The notes beneath the pieces are model-generated. The model ran no database searches. It saw nothing but the letters and a program-made list of their open reading frames with translations, and was not told the DNA's origin. From Psilocybe cubensis (taxonomy: Eukaryota): DNA of 64,000 bases. The number at the start of each line of letters is the position of its first letter. Within the stretch, counting starts at the first letter, position 1. Of this stretch, positions 12,428 to 25,260 are shown piece after piece. Made by a program: the position numbers and the translations under genes. Location of the stretch: positions 3,410,001-3,474,000 of the forward strand of contig CM039002.1 of NCBI GenBank assembly GCA_017499595.2, given 5' to 3'.

Positions 12428-13749
12428 GTTGGCTCTACCCCAGCGGTTCTATCCACAGGTCTGCCCAGGCGCAAGTAGGAACATGCCGATTCGGCTTCAT
12501 TTGTGGGTATGCAATGTGTATCTATGGGTAATCAATAAGAAGGGGTCGAGCTCTGAGTTCTGAGCTCACATGGAAACATTGCTTGGGGTTTCAGATCATG
12601 ACATTCTAACGATTTTCAGGAGAATAATATTGACAGAATGTGTCACGGGCTGAGAGATATTTATTACGTTTTGAATTGGAAAAGTCATACAGTAGGGTGT
12701 TATAGGTGTTCTCATTGTGCAGACTTGGCGTTTGTCTATCTCTATCATAAAATCGGAATTGAACGGTCTTGATGATGGTGATGTATAACGATAGCCGTAT
12801 TTTTAAAAATCTGTTTCTTTTATTCGTGTTATGTCATGGAAGTTCTTACTCATTTTTCTGTCTTGATGTATAACAACCGTAGAATATTGAATGTTGATCT
12901 CAGACTAAAGCACGATGAACCATGGGACTGTAAGCTTGAAAGCGAGATGGTATCTAACAGGAACTCACGAATGTATTCCAAGAATACTGATCTCGACCAT
13001 AAAATGGTTGTTAATGCCATCTTTGGTTGCACAATAATGGCCGCTTATTCAGTCACTCAATGAGTAGAATTTGTATTTCAGCTTACAGACAGTGCTTCGC
13101 TGCGACAAATTTTAATCCTCCGTAAGGAACACAAAAACCTGTCCAGTTTTTTTTTCCGGATCTACATTGTGCCATTCGCCTTGTGGCGAAATTAAAGTAA
13201 GTACAAAGTAAATATGGCTTCACGTTGGTTTCTGAATGCAGTAAAATTCAAATCCTTCAGAGTATATAAAAATCCTTTGTACTAGGTTTCAGTATCCTGA
13301 CAAAACGCACAATTGGAATTCTGTGCCGTAGGTTCCTCGGTAATTCTTCGAATCTGAGTCCATGAAACGGTCCAATGTCAGACTTCGGTGGTATCCGCAT
13401 GTTCAATCTCCGATCAAACCTTCTGCTTACATATTGATCGGAATGTTGGCATGCGCTGGAGCCTGGAGACGCTGTTGATTCTTGCTATTGTACCTGATCT
13501 TTTCTTCACCGGGAATTCGATCTCTCCACCTCTAATGATTTCACTAAGCATCAGAATTAGCGTCAAATACAAAGCGGGTATGCCAATTTTTACAGTGATA
13601 ATGATAAAACGCCACGAATTTTAAATTACTGCACGCCCAACTCCGTAAAGGCATTGTCCACTTTCATCTTGATCTCCCTGGCGACATACAAACGATATTT
13701 GTGCAATCTTTTAGGACCATGCCATGCTAACAAGGTTTGACAACAGTAG

Positions 13750-15000
13750 AGCAATGGCCTCCTTTTTCTCACGAGGAGTTCAACATGCTATCATCAGTCA
13801 GAAGCCTTAGCGGACGTAGTGAAGAAGATTGGAAACCTTGTCTGACGATGTGCCGCGGGTGTTCACTGTGACACGACAGTTGACGTATGGAAACTATGAA
13901 TATACCTGCTTCCCTGACATTCCTTTGTATCTTTTCAGACCTCGGCGACCACGACATTACCTTGTTCTTGTTGTTTATAACAGCAAACGCATTTTGAATG
14001 GTACAGTACTCTAACGCCCGTGTCTTCTTTTGGCATTGGGTTCTTTTCCTTTTCTCCGACTGGTTTCTTTTTTTCAACAGACCCGGTAGTCTCCTCGACC
14101 TTTCAAATTTTCTTGTTCCCCTGGTGGATCTTTTGCTTTTGTTACCCTTTTGCTATCACCAGTATGTGAGTATATTAATCCCGTCACTATAATCCTCCAT
14201 CCTAAAAGCGTTTAAACAGTGCTTATAACTTATCACAAATTCCAAAAATATGCTTTCCTATCGCCGCCAATTCCAGTTTTCCAGGACGCGGCATTTTAGC
14301 CGTGCGACGCTTACAATACAATGGCTCAAGTCACGACGACAAAGTGCCCGTTCCAGGGGGTTGCTGCCTGATCTTGACCTGGACCTCCTTTCATTACCCC
14401 TCGGAACGTCACTTAGATCTCCAAGGACGCGAATCATACCTTTGCCTATGGTACATGGACTAAATGATCCCAACGTGCTGATCGACAACGACGTAAACCC
14501 AGGGTCTAGTGAAGCTTGGAGCACACTGTTCCAACGTCCCTACAGAGAGCTGGATCGTGGACCTACTATATCTCGTTCGCAAACTGAGCCTGTGGTTCGG
14601 TTCCGTGACCCATTCTTTCCCTGTGGCCCAAATTTCACACACCAGGTGCGACATCCTGACCTTCTCTTGTATGCACTGAAAACTTATCATGCGGGTGGAC
14701 AAATGAATTTTTTTTTGAAAAGACCAGGAATCTGATGTTTGCAATAGATTTGCGCTCAGTGATTATTGGTAACAAACATAGCACGGGAGCTGAACTCAAG
14801 TTGAGATCTTTTTCGCTTTGAGAAATCCTTACGTTGGATTTATGGCCCTTTGGGATGGTTCCACTATCTCCAACTGGAACAACAACACCGTGTTCTTCAA
14901 CAACGACAGATAATCTGGCAACGGCACAATTGTCGCTAATGTGCGGACACCTGAACATGCCCTCAATGTGACATGCCATGCATTAATGATTGTCAACTTT
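13750..15000 (+). pseudogene. Possible degenerate or orphan gene remnant, unassigned
   Basis: Short ORFs (13829-14014, 14250-14735) with intron-like segments (e.g. GTACAG...CAACAG ~14001-14079). Frames are interrupted and no domain is recognisable. Confidence 0.25.
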
Positions 15001-15650
15001 CTTCTAAAAGAATAGCGTCGAGAAGAGACAGCAACGCAAAACTGTCCTTCAAATCACTTTTGGTTCTTTGGTTTTAATTTGGGTATTGGCTGTCTACGGA
15101 TCAAAATTGTACACTCTCTCAATAATACTTGTTCAACTTGTAACAATATGTTTTAATTAAAATGTACTTGTAATTTGTCAATTGATTTGCTTGCAGTGAT
15201 ATGGTACTTAGATGCACGACTACGAGCCAGTTTGACCGATCAACAGAATGCAGATACAATTGCGAGATATAAATTACACTGTATGATAGCTTTAAACACA
15301 GACACAGAGACACTTGGCAGAGAGACGAGGAAAAAGAATAAAAGAGAAAGAGAAAAAGAAAAAGAAAGCATAACGAGAAAAGAGCAGACAAAAAGCAGAA
15401 ACTTTACAAGAAAAAAAAAGTTTGAGATCCACATCAAAGCGAAAGCAGGAAAAAAGAAAAGATATCCATAGAGTGTGTATAAGATGGAGGGGGGGTAATA
15501 GTTTGTGGGGATAGGCGTGCATAGGCGCACCGCAAGGCAAGGGTAGAAATGAGCAGTGAATAGCAAAGTTAATAAAACACATCAGGGGCCCCCAACCACC
15601 ACAACGACGAGGATAAACACAACATCCACCTGCCACCACACAGCGCCAGT

Positions 15651-18600
15651 TTAACCAAGCGCAAAACTCAACGTACTCGTTCCACTACCCAGTACTCCTG
15701 GGACTGGAGATGACGACGAAGACGACGATGCAGATTCATCATTATGGGTATTCATGATCGCACCATCAACGGAAGACAACGATTCAGCCTCATCAGCGGA
15801 CGGAGAGGAATTAGTAACAGCGTCAACGACGGAGGTGTTCGTCGTGGCAGAGTCGGCATTGAACCAATTGGCAAGCGACATATCGAACATGGCGAAAGTC
15901 ATATTTTGGCCAGGGTTTTGATGTACAGCAGCATTGGACGAGAAATCCAAATCGCCAGTATGGGCAGTGGCTATCGGATGAGGATGGAGAACATGAGAGG
16001 AAGAGCCAGCAGAGGCGGTCGCAGGATGTTGCAGGTGATGAACGTGTTGCTGCTGAATTTGCAACTGTTGCTGATGTTGCTGCAATAGCTGCTGATGGTC
16101 ATTGCCATCTGCCATCATGGGCGATGTGGACGCGGGGGCAGTCGCCGATTCAGATCCAGATGTTCTGTCCGCCATGTCTGCCAGGAAGGTTTCCCAATGC
16201 GTTTGATCCTCAACAAATCCAGAGGGTCTGGCTTCCGCCGAGGTGTTAGCGGCCAAAGAAGCATTAGAACTAGACGTGGCATCAGAGGGATTCGCCAGAT
16301 GCATTGTTGGATCGAGCTGCTGCTGCTGCTGCTGTTGTTGTTGTTGTTGTACATTATCCGCTGTATTGTACATCGCCATCGAACCTTGAGCTTCCACTTC
16401 TGCCGACGAAGGAATCTGCGCATCATCGTTATCCTCTCCTTCAAGTGCCAACCTCAACCTCGGACGTCCTCTCATCTCTCCTTCATCTTCCTCATCATCC
16501 GCAACCTCAGATGCTGAACGCTTCACACCACTCGGGCCGGCAATCGGAGCAGGGGGAGGAGGAGCAACAGGAAGCGATTGCTGCATGCCCGAATTCCATC
16601 CCTTCGACCACTGAGCCGCCCGTGCACGGTCTGCAGGTGTGCCACGCCCAGTCATCTTGATCCCAAGCTCGGATTGCCGGAGATATCCAACACGAATAGA
16701 GTCCAATCGCGGAGGTGGAAGAGGCAGGATGGGAGAAGGAGCAGGTGGCGTGAAGAAGCTCGAGTTGGCCTGAGCGTGGTGCGACTGGGACTGCTGTTGG
16801 AGTTGCTGAAGATGCTGTTGATGCTCGGGGTCGTCTTCTGCTGCTGGAATCGAAATCGTGATGTGATGTGGGGGTGTCTGAGGAAGTTGGGCCTCTTCTT
16901 GAGTTGAATTTGAAGGCCCAGCTTGTGGTTGCACGTCGTCCCTTCCATCGTCTGATCCTCCGAAAAATCCTCCAACTTGTCCGTTATCCGAAGCATTGGT
17001 ATTGACATTGGGTATGTAAAAGCTGGCAACAAAGGAACCGCCCGATGATAAAGGTCCTGCAGGTGTCGTTGGCGACGTAGGCGAGGACAGCTCAGCGTTG
17101 AACGACGGGTCCGAGAAAGCCTCGATATCGACCTCCATCTCGCCCTCCGCATCCTCGTCTCCAGAAACAGCACCACTGTCCTCAGCTGAACCCGAGGTAC
17201 CAGAAGTGCTGGCCTTGGGCGACCCAGCACGAGCAAGCGACATCGCATACTTGACCTGCTCAGCTTCATCCTCCGTCTCATCGTCGTCTTCATCTTCATC
17301 GTCATCATCATCTTCGTCATCATCATCGTCCCACTCATCATCATCGTACGCATCTTCGTCCCATTCATACCCGTTCGCGAGCCCCTCCTCAGCCGCATCG
17401 TCATCCAACAACTCGAATGAATAGATCTTCTCATTCATGAAATCATCATCGTCCGCACTGGCGTCGTTGCTGCTGCTGCTGCTGGATCCTCCGCTCTCCG
17501 TGGACGAAACAGGCCTTTGCCTCCGTCTTCGCCGCATTTGCGCAGCCGACCCTTTCTTGTATCCCACAGGGAAGGAACCTTTGGCGCTGTAGTAGTCGTG
17601 CGCTTCCTGAGCCACAACCGAGCGTATAGTATCGGGCGTATACCTTCGCGTTCTAAAAAGAGAGACGAGAATGATGAGATCGTATACAAAACCCGAAAAA
17701 AAGTAAAAAAAAAAATTAAAAAAGAAGATACATACATCTCCCAAACGCGCAACTTGCATGCCGTCTTCCACATGCTTCCATCGCGATCGAGCCGAGGCTG
17801 AAGCTCTAGTGGGTGTGGAGGGAAGAACTCCAATTTTCTTTGTTGTCGAGGCGACACAGGCGTCTGAGGTTGGTCCTGCTGCTGCTGTTGATCCTGGTGC
17901 TGCTGCTGCTGCTGTTGTTGTTGTTGCTGTTGCTGCATCTGTAGCTGCTGATCCTGGTCCATATGCTGGACCTGAGACGAAGACGAAGAAGCAGAGGGCT
18001 GAGACTGATACATCTGTTCATGCGATGCGTACATTTGCTGCTGCTGCTGCTGCTGTTGTCCGGCATCCGCAACACCGGAACTAGATCCACTCGCACCGAG
18101 CGGCTCTCCAACAACACCTACACCCTCATATCCAAACGCACCCCCATCCGCTCTTCCATGGAACCCAAACCCAAGATCGCTCTCGCTCACAAGCGTCCCA
18201 TTCCCATTCCCACCGGCACCCGCACCTCCTCCACCTCCATTGATCATCCCACTAGCATCGCCCGGCCCATTCATAACGCCATTACTCGCCGGGTCGGTGT
18301 CCACATCCATAGGGATATCCGTCATCGTCGACATCGACATCGACATCGGCAAGGACAGCGACATACCAGGGCCCATCGTAATCGGCGTGTTCCCAACCCC
18401 ATCGCCGCCGACCATGGCGCCCATAACGTTCATCGGGCTCAGCGGCACGCCCATGTTCATAGGCATATTGTACATCCCCATGTTCATGCCCATACCCATG
18501 CTCATGCTCATGTTCATCGACATTCCATAGTTCATGCCCTGCTGCTGCTGCTGCATGTCGCCCATCGAGCTTGAGCCCGATGAAGATCCTGCGCTCAGAG

Positions 18601-21600
18601 CGGTAAGACTTGGATCGATCTGGTGCTGGTGATGCTGCTGGTGATGATGCTGTTGGGCGATCTCGAGTCCGCCAAGAGGCCCGAACGTCGGCGACGACGG
18701 AGAGGGCGGAGAAGGCTGGATGAAATGGCGCGTGTGCTGCTGCTGCTCCGTCTCGCGCTCTTCAGGCTGCTGCTGTTGATGTTGCTGGGTCTGACTCGCA
18801 CTGGAACCAACAAACGGACTCAAAAAGGTCGTAGGCAAAGTAGGAAGAGAGATGGGCGTGGAGAACATAGCCGTCGTCGGACTAGGCGGGAGCGGTTGTG
18901 CCGCTTGCTGCTGCTGGAGAGACCCCGAGCTCGAGCTCGAGCTCAAACCCGAACTCGAACTCGAACTTGAACTCGAACCCGAACCTGATGCCACAGAACT
19001 AGACCCCGCACCCCCCGACAACGCCATAAACGGCGTCACACCAAGCCCCATCACAGGGCTCAGCGGCGGGCTCGACATCGGGCTCGGTACAGGACTCACA
19101 TTCCTCGTCGCACTCGCACCTGTAACGGGGATGTGGGCTACGGCCTTGCCCTTGCCTTTATCTTTAGCGCTGATACTGCTGCTGCCGCCGCCGCCGATGC
19201 TGCTGCTGCTGCTGCTAACACCGCTCATGCTGAGGAGCGGGGCGGGTAGGCCTAGGCCGTCGAGCGGGCCAATGTCGACGGCATCGAGCGGGGGCGATGT
19301 GCGCTGATGCGAGCCGTGGAATTGGTGTGCAAAAGTGGGAGGTGAAGATGGCGGGGTAGTTGAAATGGGGGTTGTGGGTGCGGATACGGATACAGTTGTA
19401 TGGGCTGTAGCTGCTGCTGCTGCTGCTGAGGTAGATGCAGATGTTGTCGCTTCACCGACGATGGTGGAAGTCGATGGGGAAGAAGTGATCGGTGTAGATG
19501 GTATAGAGGCCGATGGAGAAGATGTTGAAGACGAGGGCGAGGAAGAAGAGGTGGCTGCAGCATTCGAATTTGATAATGGAGTAAGAGGGGAGTGTACAGC
19601 AGGGTGAGGGTGCAAAGGGGGCAGCACTGGGTGGGGAAAAGACGGTAAAGGAGAAGGAAGAGAGGGTCTCAAGCTCAGCGTCGGAGTAGGAGGCGACGAC
19701 GGCGTTTTCGTCGGCGACGTAGCAGGCGACGTCGGCGGAGACACCGCCAGAGGTTTATCTTCCACAGGCAAAGTCGTAAGCGCCGAAGAAGATGTTGTTG
19801 ATGTTAATGATGAAGCAGAAGTCGGCCCAGCAGCAGCAGTGTCATCTGTCAATGCTGACGTAACATGAGTGTCTTCATCTGCCTTCGCGCCTTCATTTAC
19901 TGGCTTCTCGTTGTCCTTCGGCGCATCAGATTCTCGAGACGTGCCAGCTTCTGCGCTGGAAGCTGCTAAACGTAGATAGACGACGAACTTAGAAAAAGTA
20001 AACACAACCATGTTAATAAAATAAAGCGCTGACCTGACTGGGTTGGCGTTTCCTCTTTCTCTGACTCTTTCGTATCATTTTCTGTCGCTGTCGTCGGTGT
20101 TGTTAAAGCAGAAGTGGCGGCGGCGGCAGCAGCTTCAGCATCGGCAGCAGCCAACGCAGCCCTCGTCCTCGCCCTCGGCCTAGGTTTAAGCGACACAACC
20201 TTCGGCGCCTCAAGCGCAGGCAACGCATCAACAACCAGCGGAACATCCAACGCACGCTCCTCCTTCTCATCAGCCTGCTTTTGCTCTTCAGCCTCAACAG
20301 GAGCTTCGACAACTTTCCTCGGCCTTCCCCTCCCTCGCCCCGTCGTCGTCGTCGCCGGTTTAGTCGCAGGTGCGGTCTGCACAGGTTTACCCTTAGCCTG
20401 CTTCGCGCTCGTCTTTGTTTTAGGCGGTTCATTAGCGACCGCCTGTTCTGGAACCGTTATATTCCTTTTCGCAGAGCGAGTCGTGATGATTGAGGTCGCC
20501 TGCCGTACATCCATAATCAGTAAATAACCAAGTAAAATTATAAAAGACCCAAAAGAGATAAGAAAATGGGGGGATGAAAGACATCATGTACGACTGTCTT
20601 CCTCCTCATGACAGGAATGAAGACAATGAACGACAAAATGCCAGACGCCCGCCACCGAAAAGAAACCATAAAACAAAAAGAGAAATAGGGGAGAAAAACA
20701 CTCACGTCCAATCGCCTCTTCACACCCACCCCAGACCCGCGCCTCGTCGCTCTTTTCGCCACTTTCGGCGCCTTCTCCTCTTTCTCTTTCTTTTCCTTTC
20801 CCCTCATCCCTCCAGCAGCCTTACGCACAACAACATTCTCCCCCTCCTCCTCCTGTTCAACAACAGCAACAACGACCTTCTCATTAACCTTCATCTTCTT
20901 AACAACGCGCGGGCATTTATCAACCTCTACTTTCTCGTCAGCTCCGGCTTTACGCTTTGAGCTGCGGGTAGCATAAACGGGAATGGGTGCCTGCGGCGCG
21001 GGAGCAGGAACCTCAGCGACGATATCGACGATAGCCGGTGTATCGACGGCCTTGGACAAGACGATGGCGGCATCGGAATTCGAGGCGTCATTAGACGTCG
21101 CAGTCAGTGTTGATGGCGACGATAGCGCAGGCCCAGCCGATCCAGAGGCAACGGAATCCTCCAACGAAACCTTGACGGGCACCGACGTCTCCGCCGAACC
21201 ATCACTCGACGCAGATGCACCCATCAACGGCGACTCAGAGACACCAGCAGGCACAGCGGTAGCCGAGACAGCAGCAGCCGTCGCCACAGCCGTCCTCGTG
21301 CGCGATCGCAGCGTCAGCTTCGTTATCAGCGCCGGCGTCCGCGAACGCAAATTCGTAGATCGACTCGGAGCAGCGATCGCAGTGTCGCTGCTGCGAGATG
21401 CCTCGTTGATCACAGCACTTCCATGCTCATGCACTTCACCGTCCTCGTGGGTGCTTTCTTTTCCTTTGACTTTATCTTTACCTTTATCACCCACATCTCC
21501 CTTGTCAACTCTCGACCTCTTCGACCTCCTTGGCGCACCCGACTCCTCCGCATCCTCCTTACCCTCAATCCCAGCTTCTCCTGCACTCGCATGCTGATTT

Positions 21601-22220
21601 AAAATCTTCACCGCCGCTGCCTGCGCTTTCGTCGTCGCGGCTAACGGGAACGCCAAAGGCAGCGGTGACTGTGGTGGTAATGGTGAAATGGCCGCTATAA
21701 GCTCGTGCTCTGTCGTGCGCGAGCGTTTGCGAGTGTTGTATGCAGGGACGGGTGCCAGGATCGTGGGCGTGGGTGCAACTGCGTGCACCGGAGGCAATTG
21801 CGATGTGCTCGGGATCGGGCCCGAAGGTGACTCTTCAGACTCCTGCACGGTCTCGGGGTCGGCTTTCGCCTTGCCCTTCGCGTCGGGCTTGGCTTGCGGT
21901 GGGGGTATCGTCGAGGATGAAGGTGTGGCGGTGGTGGTGGTGGTGGGGACGGGTTTGGGTCTGGCTCTGGACTTTGCCCGGATGGGTGGGGGTGGGGGTG
22001 GGAGATACATCGATGTGACGGGGGGCGCTGGGGTGGGGTTGTGTGGGAGCAAAAGACGAGCGCTGCGTCTGACGGCGACTGCAGGCGTCGAGGGCCCCGC
22101 AGCCCCATCGCTGGACGCACCGCTGCCAGTAGAGGGCGCGGTGGTGGGTGTGGTGGTGGTGGTGGCGTTGGTGGCACCCACGCTCTCATGCGCGGTGCGA
22201 TACAAAAAGTGGACAGCCAT
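15651..22220 (-). CDS. ~2070-aa intrinsically disordered protein with AT-hook, polyQ, poly-Ser and Asp/Glu tracts (putative nuclear/chromatin regulator)
   Basis: Four exons 22220-20706, 20499-20034, 19965-17736, 17652-15651 join in frame through GT-AG introns (6213 nt). Contains GRGRGRPRK, many basic NLS-like clusters, CAG/CAA repeats and an acidic run. Confidence 0.8.
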
Positions 22221-24744
22221 TAGTGCAGCCCACGTTTAGGATGGATACGCGGAGTGGGTTAGAATAGGATGATGGAGTTGATGGTATGCTGGGGTATGCT
22301 TGTATTCCTGTCAGGGTCCCGTATGTGTGTTGCTCGTGTACGTGTGAGTGGTATAGGGTAGCAAACAATGGAAAAGCAATGCAGATAGATAGTGACCTGA
22401 CAAAACAGAGCAACGTCAATCAGATGTCGTCGAGTTTAGATAGAAAGAGGCTAAAAATCGAAAAGCGAGAGGGGAGTGTCCGACGAGACTGACAGTGTGG
22501 TGGAGGCAAGCGCAAAGACTATCACACAATGATTCACACGAAGAAAAGACGGATAGCAGGATATCTAATAACAGCAGAAAAGCACACGTGGATTATAAAA
22601 AGCGACAGAAAGGACGGGCAGAAGAGGAAGAAACGAACAAACGCCACTGAATGAAGAAAGGATAACTCACGAACAGCAGGGCGGTGGATGGGAATGTTAT
22701 CGGAGCGAAGATCGGACAGGGGCAGATGCTTGCTGAGAGGGGCGTATGGGGCAGGCAGGAGTCGCTAGGCGCACTCGTTCCGTGGCTAAGCAGGAAGGAT
22801 GACTGGCCTTGCCAATGCTATCTTGGAAATAGGAAGAAGGGGGTTGCGGAGTCTGCGGTCTCCAGCTGTGACTGCTTGCAAGTTCCCACGTAATCCATCA
22901 TCAACAAAAAAAAACAATCTCGCCTGGCTCAGGACTCCATCACGTGAAATCACGTCATTGTGTCTTATTGTTCTCTCTCCGTCCTCGCCGGCCAGTGGGG
23001 AGAGGAGGAGGGCAGGAGCAGTGGGAGGGGACGGGAGGGGACGACATTCGAGCGAAACAGCGGAACGGACAGTCAGTGCGATTAAATACATCTCAAATCC
23101 CCGGAAGATGTCGATGATCGTCCAAGCACCAACCTATCATCCAATTTAGGACTTTTGCTTCCTTTTCATTGATGTCAACCAAACCCAATTTACTTGACTT
23201 TACCCGGCGGTTCGCTCAACGCTGCGAAGATCATTCATTCATTCTATTTATCGTAACCCCCTCCACATCCTCCGCCATCGCTGAGAACCCAATCAATTTT
23301 GTCGCATGGAATTAACCTTTAAACGAGCTGATGTATCCATCCATCCAGCGCTGACAGTTACTCTATGTAGCTCCCAATCATATCTATATCTATATCAACT
23401 TCCCGCATAACATCTCACCTGCCATGCATGTGCACTGTATCATTATATTCGACGATGACAACGCCAATGATATCTAATTTTTTGCGAAAAAATTCCAATT
23501 CCATCCGTTGACGGTGTCATCATCCGAGTCGCAAGCTATATAACTTAACCCCTCTCAACGAAAAAAACCCAAGCCCATCGGCATCCATTTCCATGATCCA
23601 TTCGATCCTAATTAAGCAAGCACTTTAGCTTCGCGCACCGAACTGCGCATGCGGGGGGTCCACGCTATAGAAAGTTCATTTGGCATCTGCATTCAAATTA
23701 CGGTATACATAAATAATTCCCAGATACAAAAACCGTAACACATATAATCGACAGAGGCAACTAAGTATGTAAGTAACCTCCACCCACGGGTTGTCTCACT
23801 CGACTCCGTCTCTACATCCAATTACGCGATTCCATAAATACCTCGTCATGTTTTAAAATCCCCAACCACAATCTGTTCCCGCGTCTTGTATGCTTTCTCA
23901 TGGCAAATTCGTAGAGCGATCATGATCAGAGCTGAGAGAAAAGCAAACGCTAATGAAAAACTTCCTAATCAATCCTAGCCACGGGGCCAATAACCCAATA
24001 CATTGTCAATGTTACCCCTGTCTGATCACGTATAACGCCCGAAGGCTCCAACCCTGTTTAACCTATACGCACCAAAATGCAGGGTTATACTTATCCTAAA
24101 GCAAAAGCATAATAGCATTCCAAGAAAAAGTATATAAATACCCCAATTCAGACAGGTTGTCTTGGTGCCTTGGGCGCCCGGCGCAGTTGGACTTCTTCAG
24201 TTCTTCTCAGGTCGATCAGATTCAGACAACCATTGGATCACATAGATGTTCCCAAATAGACTGCTCGCTCAAGAACCTCAACGGAAATAAGTATAACTTG
24301 GATGCTAGTTTTAGCTGACAGAGCGCCATTAGCATTTTAACAAGGCGCCCTGTGCAATCCTGAGCACTCAGCACCGCGGTCCAGTTAGCGCATCCAAAAA
24401 TTCCTAATTGTGACCATAAATCATGACACTTCGTCAAGGTAGGCCCGAATCAGTCACAGCATCGCATCATGACACAAGAGCTTCTCAATCTCAATCAAAT
24501 CAGATGGAGCCCACCTTGCCCTGCCCTGGCAACATCTAACACACCCCAATCCCAAATCCCACGGGATGGGATAACCTTAATAACATCTGCGGTACCCAAA
24601 GGGTACTGGTACACTCCAAGAGACCCTAAGCAACCCTATAGGCCTGTTGACAGTATTCAGAAATAGGCAAAGTTCCAATATCAAGAGGAGGAAGTGGGGG
24701 TAGTGGCATCACCAGAGTCTAGCAGCGAAACCAAAAAAAAGTCA

Positions 24745-25260
24745 CAGTATCACAAGGAATTGTCATAGTGCATCTCCAAGCTCCAAGACTCAGAATCCAA
24801 GATTGCAAATGCCAAATGACAATGCCAATGGCACCTCCAGCGAGCATGGTTTGACGCTGAGGTTCCGACAAGGAACGTCCAAATTGAAAGACGAAAATCT
24901 CACCTTACCTAGTATCTTACCTAGACCTGATTTCCGCTCTCTACTATCGTTGTCCTTAACACTCGTCCGGAGTGTTTGACTTACCATAAAGTCAATCCAA
25001 GGTTGACACGACTCGATACCAGGACGAAGGAGTATGCAGCAGTAGAAGAAGCAGGAAATGGACACAGCATCACAGAAAAGTGTGCATCCAAGACTCCAAG
25101 GGTGCCATATCCAGTCGACAGTCGACAGTCGACAGAAGTTTGCCGCTGAGATTTCGGGGAGGACGTCCACGTCAAAGAAGAATATTTCATCTCTTACCTG
25201 ATTTCCGTTTCTCCGATGTTGTTGTCCATGGTATTTGACTTACCATAAATTTATGGTTGA
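24745..25260 (-). repeat. Diverged tandem duplication (~260-bp period), non-coding
   Basis: Shared blocks in the same order in both copies (minus strand): TTTATGGTAAGTCAAA, GGACAAC, CGGAAATCAGGT, TGGACGT.C, CTCAGCG.CAAAC, GAGTCTTGGA, GATGCAC, TGTGAT.CTGTG. Confidence 0.8.

Noticed and set aside
12836-14014. Similar peptides YNNRRILN (~12870) and YNSKRILN (~13976)
   Set aside because: Similarity does not extend; probably chance
15119-15639. Hydrophobic ORFs downstream of the AT-hook gene
   Set aside because: Derived from a U-rich 3' UTR with poly-T runs
15744-22239. Many long antisense and alternate-frame ORFs
   Set aside because: Shadow ORFs caused by GC-rich trinucleotide-repeat coding sequence on the minus strand
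25113-25136. (AGTCGAC)3 repeat
   Set aside because: Simple slippage repeat; no spacers, not CRISPR-like
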